From contig NMRA01000175.1 in assembly GCA_002633005.1 (NCBI GenBank), forward strand, positions 503,831 to 567,830: a stretch of DNA of 64,000 bases, read 5' to 3'. Of this stretch, positions 36,874-48,420 are shown piece after piece; within the stretch, counting starts at the first letter, position 1, and every line of letters begins with the position of its first letter. Under the pieces are notes generated by a model. It saw only the letters and a program-made list of their open reading frames with translations, was not told the DNA's origin and ran no database searches. A program made the position numbers and the translations under genes. This DNA is from Phoronis australis. Taxonomy: Eukaryota; Animalia; Phoronida.

Positions 36874-37861
36874 CTGGAATGACAACGTATATTACACTGG
36901 TCACAATGTCTTCAACTTTACCGTAACCAAGGACCTTAGCAACAAGTACAAACACTTGGCTAAATATCTACAAAACGACAAAATTTAACTAAAGTATGAC
37001 TTTCTGAAAGTACAAGTCTGTAGTAGAATTAAATTTTTGACTTTATTCCAGTCTTCCAATATTTGGGTCACGTGACCATATATTTGAGTAAAATTTAGAA
37101 AAAAGGTATAATTATAGCAAAACAGTGGTAGCACTAACAATTATACTAAAATTTCTTAGAAATAAACATTGACGGTGAAATTTTAAAAACACTGCTACAG
37201 TTTTCTAATTGACTATTTTGCTCTCGTTTTCTGCTCTTTTTGATTTTTTAGTTAAAAATTATAAAAGGCCTGATAGCCCTCAGGCTATAAACTCCTTGCG
37301 TATACTGAGGATTTTAGGAGACTGTCTTAAGATTTTGTTTTAATTTAGAGCTTGTTTCCTGCATTTTAGAAAACCTGATTGTTTCAGTTAATTAAAATCT
37401 TCATAGAAAAATACCGGTAGGTTTAATTTTAATCCAAAGTTTGGCACTGTAAAGTAAAGAATTTTTCAGGAGAATTTAAAAGAGCATTCAAAGTCAACAG
37501 TTGAAATCAAGGATATCTCAAATCTTATTAATTATCAAAAATTAGCCAATTTTACAATATTTCATGTCTAAAAATACCTCATCTTCATCTCGGTGGAACT
37601 TCAAATACAAAACATATACTGTGTAGTGTGAAAAAAAGATTTAGCAGAACCACCTTAAACCGCATGGAAATTTGTTTACAACAGCTTCTTATTTAATTTG
37701 AACTTTTCTTATCTAGTAAAAATTTGCTTTTCATGGACAAAAATGGGGACACCCACATAAATATAGTGTTTCCACATAAAATATGATTATAGGTGGGCAC
37801 ACCTGTCAGTAAAGGTTGATCAGCGAAATCTCTGTTTGTAACTGGGTACACCAAATGTGGA

Positions 37862-38160
37862 ATGGGTCTATCTATATGTATATAACTGGACCCATCGCGA
37901 CGGGTCCAGTTATATTTATATAGACAGACCCATCCTGGCTGGTCAACCTATATGTATATAACTGGACCCATTACGACGGGTCCAGTTATATTTATATAGA
38001 CAGACCCATCCCGGCAGGTCAACCTATATATGTATATAACTGGACCCGTTACGATGGGTCCAGTTATATTTATATAGACACACCCATCCCGGCAGGTCAA
38101 CCTAGATATGTATATAACTGGACCCGTTACGATGGGTCCAGTTATATTTATATAGACAGA
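37862..38160. repeat. Tandem array of four ~76-78 bp units, each an almost perfect palindrome
   Basis: tatataactggaccc-N8-gggtccagttatat(t)tata repeated at ~37879, 37955, 38033 and 38111. Confidence 0.95.
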
Positions 38161-38560
38161 CAAAACAAAACCACCACTAGGTGGCGCGCCAGAGTAGTCA
38201 AAGTCATCATCATCAACCGTCCTCTTCACCCTGAGCACATATATGCCAATTTTCAAAAAACGTCAAAAAACAGACTCTAAAACAGCAAAAATGGCCACTA
38301 GCTGGTGCAAAGTACCTTGATTCCATCCAAAAATTGGAGGATAGTGTCATCTCACCAATAGATGCCCATATTCAAAGTTTTGTGAAAATCTGTTGAGGAC
38401 CTTTGAAGATACAGAGGTAAACGAAAAACTAAAATTGCCACCAGGGGACATACCAGCAGTTAGATCCATCCCAAAATCATCGTCGTCCGTTGCCAACATC
38501 ATATAAACATGCTTCTTAAATTAAGTAAAGATCCTGCAAACAGTTTATATAAGGTCAAAG
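38161..38560. mobile_element. Fragment of the same ~130-bp-repeat Helentron-like family (opposite strand to 13230-14810)
   Basis: ccactaggtggcgc (38174), gccactagctggtgc (38294), gccaccagggga (38437). Related pieces at ~37745 (gggacacccaca) and ~39420-39900. Confidence 0.5.
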
Positions 38561-38636
38561 CTTACAGAGCTGTTAGCCAAATTGAATCTTCCGCTTAGCT
38601 TGTGCACTCCCCAAAATTCACTGTCCTTTCATTCAC

Positions 38637-38715
38637 CGAGTCGCCATACGATTGAGTTAACGAGATGTACATAGCATGGAAATATGTCGCCGCAGAAAAT
38701 GAAGACAAAACGCAT
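38637..38715 (-). CDS. Candidate first coding exon of the cysteine protease (MRFVFIFCGDIFPCYVHLVNSIVWRL)
   Basis: aaaaATG context and a phase-1 donor (gtgaat) matching the exon at 36873, but only a mediocre signal peptide. Confidence 0.25.
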
Positions 38716-39972
38716 TTTTGATGCTAAAGGAGTAGCACATCTGCGTACATACGACCGTTGATAACGTTATGACAAATACACAGTCACTGCACAGCGTCCG
38801 ACGACTCGGACACAGCAAGTCGTACAAAAAATATATTAAATCCTCGCCCAAATTCATTCATTTCATTAGTAATATGTTTTGCTATTTTGATCTTGTGCTC
38901 ACAGCACGCTTTAGCCAGACACCTGATTTGTATTCTCTATTCATTAGAACTTTGGTTTCTTTCAGTCTCCCTAGTACGGGCTTCGGCATGTATTGTGTAC
39001 TACAATGTACTCTTGAATTCCTCCCCTGACCCAGTTTCAGTAGATTCATTCCCATACTTAACAAAATTACTAATAATTAAGTTAATTATGCATTGCCAAT
39101 TCAATTGACATTGCGAGTGAATGTTAAGTAGCTAACATGTATCGAATATGTTGACCAAACACAGGTTTGCACTGAATAACCTTTTCACGACTCGTAACAG
39201 TAGCACCTTTTTCTCGGCTTCAGCAAATCGACTTAATTTTAACTTATGAACACAAGTTCTCAAAAGTGGCAGGTTGAATTTCATTGAAAGTTTCCAATTT
39301 TAATATTTATCACCATTCTCAAAAATGCTGTTATGATCTTCCTTTTAAACGCCTAGTTTTTGCGTACCATAAGATTGGACTTACGTTTTGCACGTTAATT
39401 TGGCATGGAAATAAAACAAAAGTGTCAATAGGGGTCACCACAGCAGTTGCACCCATCTAGAAATGAAAATCATCTGTGGTTTTCTCATAAGGAACATGTT
39501 TTCCAATTTTCATAATAATCCTATGAGCATTTCCTCAAATGAAGAGACGGCAAAAACATACAAAAATGGCCACTAGGTTGTCCAAAATATTTCGAATCCA
39601 TCTGAAAACAAAAAGGTGTAGTCCTCTCCATAATGGAAATTTATTTGTCGAATTTGAAGAAAATTCCTCTAGGGGGCACAGTGGTATTTGGGTTAGTCCG
39701 AGACTATTCATCATCTGTCGTCAGCTCCACAGCAACAAATCTGCTAAATTTTACAATAAGCTCCTTCAAAGGGTTACAAAGATATCACCGCCAAATTTTA
39801 CGGAAATCTATCACAGAACATTGAAGGTACAGAGACAAATGTGAAAACTAAAATCGCCACTATAAGCTTCATAGGATAACATTTGAAAAATCTCATTAAA
39901 ATCATGCAAGGGTCTAGGAGATAAAGCAGCAGATGCTGGATACCGAAACAAAGATAACAGCAATATGTGTCC

Positions 39973-40450
39973 ACATATGCATATAATGTGGGTGCAGCTT
40001 TGCAACCTGTCCCACTGCATTCTCCATACAAGAGGAGGCAGTGTGGCCTGGTTGATAAGTGCCCGCTTTCTTTACTCGAGGTCGTGGGTTCGAGTCCCAC
40101 CAGGTGACACTGCTAAACCCTTGAGCCAGGTTTCTAGCTCCTCAGCTTGGTTTTAGCCATATATCAATAAAGCATAAAAATATTTCCAGGTGATCAGTGC
40201 AATGGGCCCACATGCGAGGCCTGCGCACGTCTGGTACAACGTGTATCAGACCGCCTGCAATTATTTGTTTTATACATATGTATATAATGTGGGTGCAACT
40301 TTGCAACCTGTCCCACTGCATTCTCCATACAAGACTGCAGAATGCTGCTTGCCACCCACTATGCACCACAAGGCAAGATGGCCAAGATGCAACATTAAAC
40401 TGTGTTCAGACCCACTAAACCTGGTTGTAAATTTTTCTGTAACTGTTAAG
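39973..40450 (+). mobile_element. tRNA-derived SINE-like element with 61-bp direct repeats
   Basis: Head gtgtggcctggttg...gtgggttcgagtccc (~40041-40097); direct repeats at 39973-40033 and 40274-40334 (2 mismatches). Confidence 0.65.
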
Positions 40451-40759
40451 TAATCATTATTATTCACCCAGGCACTAAAACCTGTTGTAACCTTAGTGTT
40501 AGTCTGCGGTTTCCGTCGCTAGTCATTAGTGATGTCACTTTCCGCTTCCTCCCAATTAGTCCCCAGGTGCACAAACTGAATTTCATAATAAATTTTGCTG
40601 CTGTGAAGCTGTCATCATCTCCCGAGAGATGTCCTAAAGAATTTAGGAAATGGCGTGTGAGCGCGTCACGAGCATACTGTTTTCAAAACGATGACAGACT
40701 TTTCTTTGTTACAAAAGAGAATTGTGCAAAAAAATTACTTCTATTAGATTGTTAATGTC

Positions 40760-41381
40760 CCCAATACACTATATATATACTACAAGGTATGACACTCACG
40801 ACAAGGAATTCCATGGGTACTTCACTTCAGCCGTCCATATCAAATACAAAACTCAATAAATTTACACATAACAGGGGTTCAGCAAGCCATGAACAATTGT
40901 TCTTTCTTCTGATAGCATTTACAGTGTCCTGCTCCATGGGTTCACAACAAAATCATGATCAAAACACAAAATCCTTCCCAAGAAGCCGATACGTACTGTC
41001 AATGTGTCCCACGCAAGTCAGTATGGAATTATCTGATGAGTTACGGATGGACGGCAATTGCCAGTTTATCACGAAAGGTTACAAAATGGTTTGGCTAAGT
41101 GTGGAGTTATTGATATCGTGACCTTCCGTGATAAATCAGCAATTTCTGTTGGGCACATTGACAGTACGCATCAGCTTTTTGGGAAGATTTTTGTGCTTTG
41201 ACCCAGTTTGATCACGAATTTGTTGTGAACTCGCTGGAGCAGGACACCATAAATGCTATTGCTCATGGTTTGTTGAACCTGTTTGGTGTAAATTTATTGA
41301 GTTTTGTGTTTGATATGGATGTCTGAAGTGAAGCACTCGTGGAATTCAAAGCATCATACCTTGTAGTATATAGTGTATTGG
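40760..41381. mobile_element. Foldback/MITE with ~280-bp imperfect inverted arms
   Basis: ccaatacactatata...ctacaaggtatga mirrored by tcataccttgtagtatatagtgtattgg; arm homology continues inward (aaactcaataaatttacac / gtgtaaatttattgagttt; tactgtcaatgtg / cacattgacagta). Confidence 0.85.
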
Positions 41382-41475
41382 AAACGATCAGAAGCTGAGG
41401 ACGCCTGTGCCTTATGGCTGTGCTTCACAACAAGGTGACGACCAGAGCTACCTGGGCTTTGTGAAATTTCAGGGT

Positions 41476-41641
41476 TGTTGTAATTGCCAAGATTGCCTGA
41501 CTTCGGGAATCGAACCAGCGACCCCGATTTAACAGGCGAGCCTGTTAACCATTCAGCTTATAGCCCGTTAGCGAGTGGCTAAAAGAGGCTCATATATGAG
41601 TCACGACCGGAATCACTTTCACAACATTCCCCTCCCCCTTT
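41476..41641 (-). mobile_element. Short LTR-like unit (TGTTGT...ACAACA) with adjacent polypurine tract and an internal tRNA-like sequence
   Basis: On -: aaagggggaggggaa|TGTTGTgaaag ... taagctgaatggttaa ... ggttcgattccc ... attACAACA. Confidence 0.55.
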
Positions 41642-42299
41642 CCTATGAACAAGCGCGTCAGCTGCCAGGTGAACATTTACATTATGACTGTACACATACT
41701 TTACATAATGCTTGTATTATAGTACAGGCTGTGCATGCACCTTACACTTAAGGGTCTAACGGAGCTCAAAAAACAGTGGTAACTAGCTGAATTTTTACGA
41801 CAGTCTTCATTCAGCTAGTTGGCTGGCTACCTCTAGTACTACTAGACAGTCGAGCCTAGACTCAAAAATAGAGAATAGAATCGAATCGACCTCTCGTCCG
41901 AGTCGACAGGTGCAACAGTGGCGTTTGTTTACCGACTACTAACTACGCAAGCCGGGCTGGTTAGCTAACTAACTATACCTTCAACTGCTCTGCAGGAGCA
42001 CATTGGAGATTTAATAGTGGCATATATAACAAATAAATAATTAAACTCTCAACTAAATTTGGAAAAATACCTTCCGAGGCCAGTGCGAGACAACAAACGA
42101 CCAAAGCTATTGCCGACATCTTGGAAGCTTTGTGAGTGGCACATGATCGTCATATGACTTTTATACAACATATAGCGCACTCTCCTGGACATAATTTGAG
42201 TTATTGTAGACTGCATGATGAAGACTGGTTCCGAGAAACTCATTTCCAAGATAGATACATCGATAGATAAACGTTTATTCAAAGTCGGGTCAAGGGTTA

Positions 42300-43000
42300 A
42301 AAAATGACAACAAGTGCTATTTACCGAAAACTATATAAACAAAAACAAGAAGTTATAAAACTATAAAAACACGTAAAATAAAAACCTACGGGCTCAGGCC
42401 TGAGAAATGTCGACCATTAGCGCTAACACAAGTACCATTGTGGGATGACACAGCATACATCAAAAGAATTACATTAACATGTGGCACTAAGAAAGTTTAT
42501 TACTTGTAGTTTAAAGTCTTGAACATCTGAAATACATCTGACCCTGTTAGAGAGGGACTGATCTGAATTCGTCGGTGTGGCATAAAGAGTTGTAACCGTG
42601 AGTTCTTGTGTTAAAAACTGATTACTTAGAGTTCTCTTGATGCGAAGATCGTGAGAATTTTCTTTGAAATTGAAAACGTCTCCAAGGCAACATGGGGCAA
42701 ATGAAGTGAGTAGGCCTATGTTTGAAAACTTCAGTGCATAGCTGTTACCGGCCCGTTGCGACTTTTCGGCCGCTATGCATCCATGCAGTTCTGGCTGAAA
42801 CAAAATAATTGCTCTATAACCCTTGACAACCCTCAAAGGTTTGGAGGAAAATTTGAAAACTCCTTTCAAGGCAAGCATGACTTACGCTTTTACAACTGTG
42901 GGAAAAGCCGATCCTGACCCAATGAGGACCATAATAATGGATTCTTGATTCCTGCCTTTATTTTTGATTAACACCAATGATGACGGAATGAGGATTGGTT
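42300..43000 (-). mobile_element. Decayed CR1/L2-like LINE 3' end
   Basis: ORF 42474..42878 has remnants (APCCLGDVFNFKENSHDLR; frameshifted end-of-ORF2 pattern), followed by a low-complexity tail. Confidence 0.5.
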
Positions 43001-43619
43001 GATATCTTCAAAACAGGGTTAATAGGATATAAACCTAGCGTGTGGTTCACGGCCATAAGCTGAATGTTTCATAGTGTATTTGGCGTGTGCAAACACCGAG
43101 CTGTCTTTACGAAGTGTCACAGCTTTGAGGGTTGCGGCAACTCCGGCGTTATGACTTCGTCTATCCGATGCTCTAGGTCTGTCGTCAAGAACTGCTTATC
43201 AGCTTGTAAGGAACACTGATCTAAGGTTCTATTGCGAGGTGAGCGGGCTTCACGACTTCACGGCAATCAAACACTGGCTAAATAAATTGATATCGCAGAC
43301 TAAAACTGGTGACTTTCGAACAACTTGGCATTTGGAATTCTCTACATTCAAATCCGCACACGATGCCGGGTAATTTTCAGGGCAAGATATGCGCACTTTA
43401 TCTACAGAGTTACTATACAGAAATGCATAAATTAAAAAACTGATGTTAAGATAAAAATGACATATGATTACGAATGTAAAGAAATGTAAATAAGTTATTT
43501 TACATGTATACAGTTTTATCGACTCACACAAATAGATCTTATATTAAAAACAGATTTTGATAATATTTCGAATAAAACCTTATTTTCATTTGGGTTGAAT
43601 TATTTACATCTATATAGAA

Positions 43620-45350
43620 AAAATAATTTTGTTATGCATTTGAGGAATATCAGAATATTTTTGTAAACATTGGGTTATTGTACGAGTGTCTAGAAAAGCT
43701 GTACCCTCTGCTCCTTGCATACCTCACAAGCAAAGAAAATATGAGCATTTGTTTGGGTGTCTCTAGAGGAACACAGAGGTGAAATGTTATTAAAATTAGG
43801 TCTAAATTTGTCGTTGTTTNAAAAATAGTCCGCATCTTAATGTGTATAGGATTATTTCAAGGTTGTAAGGAAGTTGGAATGATGTCAATGGGACTGGCAA
43901 CTCTTGGGTTGTGCTACGCAGTTTTAAATTATTTTTGAGAGTGACGATTGAAGTGCTCTCTTTTATTTTGGATGGTAAGGAATTTCAGTTGCCAATGCAA
44001 GTTAATATCGTAGATCTCGTAAAGGATTGGCTGAGGGAAGATGGTATAGTGTATATACACGTATTACATTGTCGCAGTCCTGGCCTTGTGTTAAGTCTTC
44101 TGTTAGAGTCAATTGAGGATTTTGTTTGAATAATTGTTCATGTTGTTTAAGGCTTTCAATGTATACATGGGCAGGTGGAGTTTACGACGGGTTGCTAGTT
44201 TGCTCCAGTTGAGACTGTTTAGAACCTTGATTGTACAGTTGAGATTTTAAAGATGTCTTGAAGTATGGGGGAAGTTCCTACATATGGGTAGAGTGTAAGC
44301 ATTACAACTGGAGCTTGATATAATCCAAAGGGTCCTTTTCTGGGCTGTCTGGAGTTTCTTAGTGTTGCCAAAACCCCAAGTTGAAATTGGTCGTAGTTTA
44401 AATGTGGGAGGACAAGTGAATTATACATTAACTTGAAAGCTGAGAGAGGAAGATAAAATTTCAATTCCTAAATGAGTCCACCGAGTTTATTCAGTTTGTT
44501 TGAAATGAGGTTTATGTGTTTATGTGGGGGGGCACCACGAGACGTTTTTGTCAACGGCACCAAGGAAAAGGAAATCGTCCAAGTGACTGGTTATTTTGGT
44601 ATTTATATAAACGGTGGAAATAAAGCATTTTTATCTTTCTTTTGGGAGTAGTGGAAGATCATTCATTTACTTTTTGATGTATTATTTGACTCGCTGTTCA
44701 CGGAAAACCAGACTGAAATAGATTCAAGGTGACTGTTGATCGTGGCTGATTGTTGTAAAGTGTGTTGGGAAGATTCAGAGGGTGTGACGAGACAAGTGTC
44801 GTCAGCATAAAGAAGTGTATCCATGGGAGAATACGGGAGATCATTGATGTAACTTAAAAAGAAAAGTAGGCCAAGGACAGAACCTTGGGGAACTCCGGTA
44901 GATACTGGTAAGCAACTTGTGTTTGGATATTTTTTCTATAATTTTCGAAATTGTGGGGAGAATAGTAGTGGGTCTATAATTGCCATGGTGATCTGGGTTC
45001 AAATGATACTGATTAAAAATAGGGATTTTCCTTTTGCAATCTTGACAACATCTGGAAATATCGATATCGGTGTGCAAGCATTGGTTAATGGTGGTCGTGA
45101 GAGGTTCAATTATAAAAGAACTGCTCATTTTGATAATTTTGGATAAGTTGTCGTGAAAAGTGCTATTTATTTGCGTCCATTTCCCTTATAATATGTTGTA
45201 CAAATTTATTATTTACGTGTTTGAAAGACATTTCATTTGGCTGGGAAGATAGCCTTTGAAACTCTTGTTGATTCAGAAAGAGAGTGGGCCGATTTGGGTA
45301 AAGTAGATGTTGACTAAACTTGCCACTTCGGGTAGGTCACTGGTTTTAGT
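43620..45350 (-). mobile_element. Decayed CR1/L2-like LINE reverse transcriptase
   Basis: GNYRPTTILPTISKIIEK (~44950), GVPQGSVLG (~44880), LYADDT (~44800) and YNSLVLPHLNY; many frameshifts. Confidence 0.85.
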
Positions 45351-46002
45351 CTTATGTGAACGACATTCTGGGGTACCTTCGGTCTCGGTCGATACGCGGA
45401 ATAATGTCTCGTGGGATATTACTTCATCAACGCCACTCTCGGTACGTTTTGTCTATGTATATATTCTACATTTTGTCAAACAATAGAATCCTTCAGAGGA
45501 TTTGGATCGCCTCATTTAGTGTCAAAATTATTTTTTTTACGTTACAGATATTTTAAAACGCAACGAAAAATACATGCGTAAGGCGTGGGTGTTAATTCAC
45601 AATTCACACGTTCACAACGACGATACTGATTACCTCAATTACAAAGAGAGTAAATTGGCATGGCACTGTTCGACTGATGAGAAACTTTATAGCAAAAGCC
45701 ATGTCTGTTCGTAAAAAGTTAATTAACATTTAAGATATCTGATTTTTGTATATCAATGATATCTACAAGGCTAGCCTCTGAGGCTTGGAATTCTTTTCTT
45801 GAATGTGACGTACGTATTTACTACATACAAAAACAATGTCAATGTAAGGAGAATTATTGGAGTCGGAAACTGAGACTTCTTCCACATGTAGCAGATCAGA
45901 TAAACTGCGATTGTCATGAATGTGAATCGTGATACATTTCCTTTATGACGTCACCTACAGAATTTAATGGCAGATTATACATGTACGTTAGGGTAAGTCC
46001 TG

Positions 46003-46250
46003 GAGCCCGTTCCAATAAAATTGACTTAGCAAAGACAAAGCTTAAATTTCAGTCCATTTAACTTAAACTTGTTTCAAGACCGTTTAAACAAAGCTAAGAG
46101 ATCCTAAATTTGACTTAAGTTTTTGACATAATTTTTATGTTAATTTTGACTGTCTTACCATTACTAGTGCCGGATATGGAAGTTTCAAAGTTTAGAAGAA
46201 TCTTAGACTTAAGTCAAAAACGAACTTAATCATTTTCTTGGAACGGGTCC
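46003..46250. mobile_element. PIF/Harbinger-type MITE with CTG TSD
   Basis: ctg|gagcccgttccaa ... ttggaacgggtcc|ctg; internal gacttaagtc palindromes. Confidence 0.75.
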
Positions 46251-46440
46251 CTGATTTACAACGCTTTTTAATTTGTTACAGTAAAATAATCTTTTCCAAG
46301 CAAAACACTTCGTTACGCTCTGAAGATTAAAAGGAATTTGACAAACAGTGGTTACAGTCACGTGATGATCATGGCTTAATTTCTCTTTTTAACTGTAATT
46401 TCAGGTCCAAGGAAAGTTCATGTGACCTGGCTCTGTTCAA

Positions 46441-47631
46441 ATGTATTGTTTTGACAACATCCGCCGGCGCAAGTTTCTATTTTACTTTGATGGTTCCAAC
46501 GACAGTTTTGTAAAGTGCGCGTGGCCAATCAACGTGAATTGTTTCTTGATTTACCGTGGAGTCGTAGCCCTTTATGTGCTCACACTTTTCTTACTAGAGC
46601 CAATTTTAGTTGTCAAGGTTTACGAATTGCCTGGTGAAGTTGCGTGGAAGTGTTTTGCACACTTCGAAGTGTGGCATAACGGTGTTGTAGTCTTGTATTT
46701 TATGGTGGCGTTTATTACGCAACTTTACAGATTTAAAATCAAGAAAAACGAGATATCTCCAAAGGAAAGTCTCAACAGTGGTAGCAGTGAAGGAAACTTC
46801 CACGCGAATAGTTTAAAGGTTACCTTGCCGAGGTCTTCAGCAGAAACCACTCTCAGGTCGAGTGTTATCGACACAAAAAAGATGGCAGATGAAAACTCGA
46901 TCCATTCTCACCTAGTATTTAATCTTCCGCATGACACACTAAAGTGGTACAATAAAACACGATGGGTTCTTCTAAACATTTCATTCAATGCCGGAATATT
47001 GCTAGTGACTATATTTTGGGTGACGTTCTTTTTAATCAAGCCGGCGAAAAAGAAATTTCATTTCGTAGACTTCCACCGGAACATAATCGGGTTTAGTCTA
47101 CTCATATTGGAGATGGGACTTATATCACATCCTGTGTACATTGAACATTTCTGGCACACCAGTGTATTTGGTTGTATTTACTTTGCTTTTGTCACCACAT
47201 ATGTATTCAACGGCGGAACTGATCTACACGGCGATAATAGAGTGGACATGATTGACCCTAATAACATGGGACTCGTTGCAGCGTTCTTAGCATGCAATAT
47301 GTTACTGGGACTCTTAAACCAGGTCCTAGCTGTCGTGCTGGTTACCTTAAGAAAAAAAGTCGCCTTACAGTTTTGTACTGCACACTCAGAGGAAATGGTG
47401 AAAGTCACCGTCAAAGCGGATATTTCGCAACTATGTCAACCGGGTAAAAATGCCTACAGTGACGCCTACTTTGAGAGAAACTTTCAGCAAACGGTAGCCA
47501 GTCATGGTGGTAAAAAGAAAGGCGATCTCAAAGCCAGCACATGTTCGTTAAACCCGACAATACTGAAACACCAAGTCAGCGGCTTGGGAGGTCTCAACAC
47601 TGCTGAGTCACATTCATCAAGACTTTCTTAA
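46441..47631 (+). CDS. Protein rolling stone-like multi-pass membrane protein, 396 aa, single coding exon
   Basis: Uninterrupted ORF with about 6 hydrophobic helices. WP...LIYR, WYNKTRWVLLNISF, IFW, PVYIEHFW and GGTDLHG motifs resemble the Rolling stone family. A splice acceptor (tttcag, ending 46404) just upstream implies a 5'UTR intron. Confidence 0.8.
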   Translation: MYCFDNIRRRKFLFYFDGSNDSFVKCAWPINVNCFLIYRGVVALYVLTLFLLEPILVVKVYELPGEVAWKCFAHFEVWHNGVVVLYFMVAFITQLYRFKIKKNEISPKESLNSGSSEGNFHANSLKVTLPRSSAETTLRSSVIDTKKMADENSIHSHLVFNLPHDTLKWYNKTRWVLLNISFNAGILLVTIFWVTFFLIKPAKKKFHFVDFHRNIIGFSLLILEMGLISHPVYIEHFWHTSVFGCIYFAFVTTYVFNGGTDLHGDNRVDMIDPNNMGLVAAFLACNMLLGLLNQVLAVVLVTLRKKVALQFCTAHSEEMVKVTVKADISQLCQPGKNAYSDAYFERNFQQTVASHGGKKKGDLKASTCSLNPTILKHQVSGLGGLNTAESHSSRLS

Positions 47632-47829
47632 GAAGCAACCACTTGTGCAGCGTATCAAAATATATATTTCATATCGAGACCTTGTCCGTCTTCATACTAG
47701 CGCTCGATTGCAGTCCGAAGCCAGCATAGCGCAGGGGGTGGTTCGAAGAGTGGACCTTTGATATTTTGTAAACGTCGACACTGTGGAGTTTACATTAAGG
47801 CCACCAGTTGACGCAGCTTAATCAGGGGG

Positions 47830-48420
47830 AAGAAAAATTGGTTCACGCAGCGATGACTCTCAGCTCTATGCTTTTTTGATGAGACGGAATACCAGAGATG
47901 AGGATGCCGGGACGGTTGCTCGCAAAGAATGGGACTCAATTCGGATGTAATCAGTGTGGTCCAAAACTTTCTCGGGTTACTTCTTGCCAAATTTTGAAAT
48001 GAGGCATGCTAAAATGAATGATTACACGTACCTGGACGGAAATATCCAGTCGGAGAACAACTTGACGAAATTTTTTATCAAGTTATATTTTTGCGCGTTA
48101 CTTAAGTCGTTGGAAAATGGGAACAGCCCACTATGGCCTACTCACCAATTCGGTTCGCCATTCCGAAAGATCATTACTTCGGAGGTTCACTACTACTTTT
48201 ACATGCAAAAATGAATGATACTTCGGTTATTAGATACACTGAATGGTGCACCTGTACCGAAAACAACGCCCGGGTATTAAAATATTTTGTTTGGATGTCA
48301 TCCGCTTGCGAAATTGCTCACATGTCTTACGAACACAGAAAAATGAAAACGTTATTGCATTTTAAAAAATATGGAGTGGGAATATTAATGAATTATCAAC
48401 CACGATACATTCATCAAATC
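47830..48420 (+). mobile_element. Possible highly decayed Tc1/mariner transposase remnant
   Basis: AYSPIRFAIPKDHYF loosely resembles the mariner YSPDLAPxDYxLF motif; internal duplication of catgcxaaaatgaatgat. Weak. Confidence 0.25.

Noticed and set aside
37862-38160. CRISPR array
   Set aside because: The inter-hairpin segments are near-identical rather than unique spacers, there are no cas genes, and the context is a spliceosomal-intron eukaryotic genome.
37948-38256. 102-aa repetitive ORF (VYINITGP repeats)
   Set aside because: Translation artefact of the palindromic minisatellite.
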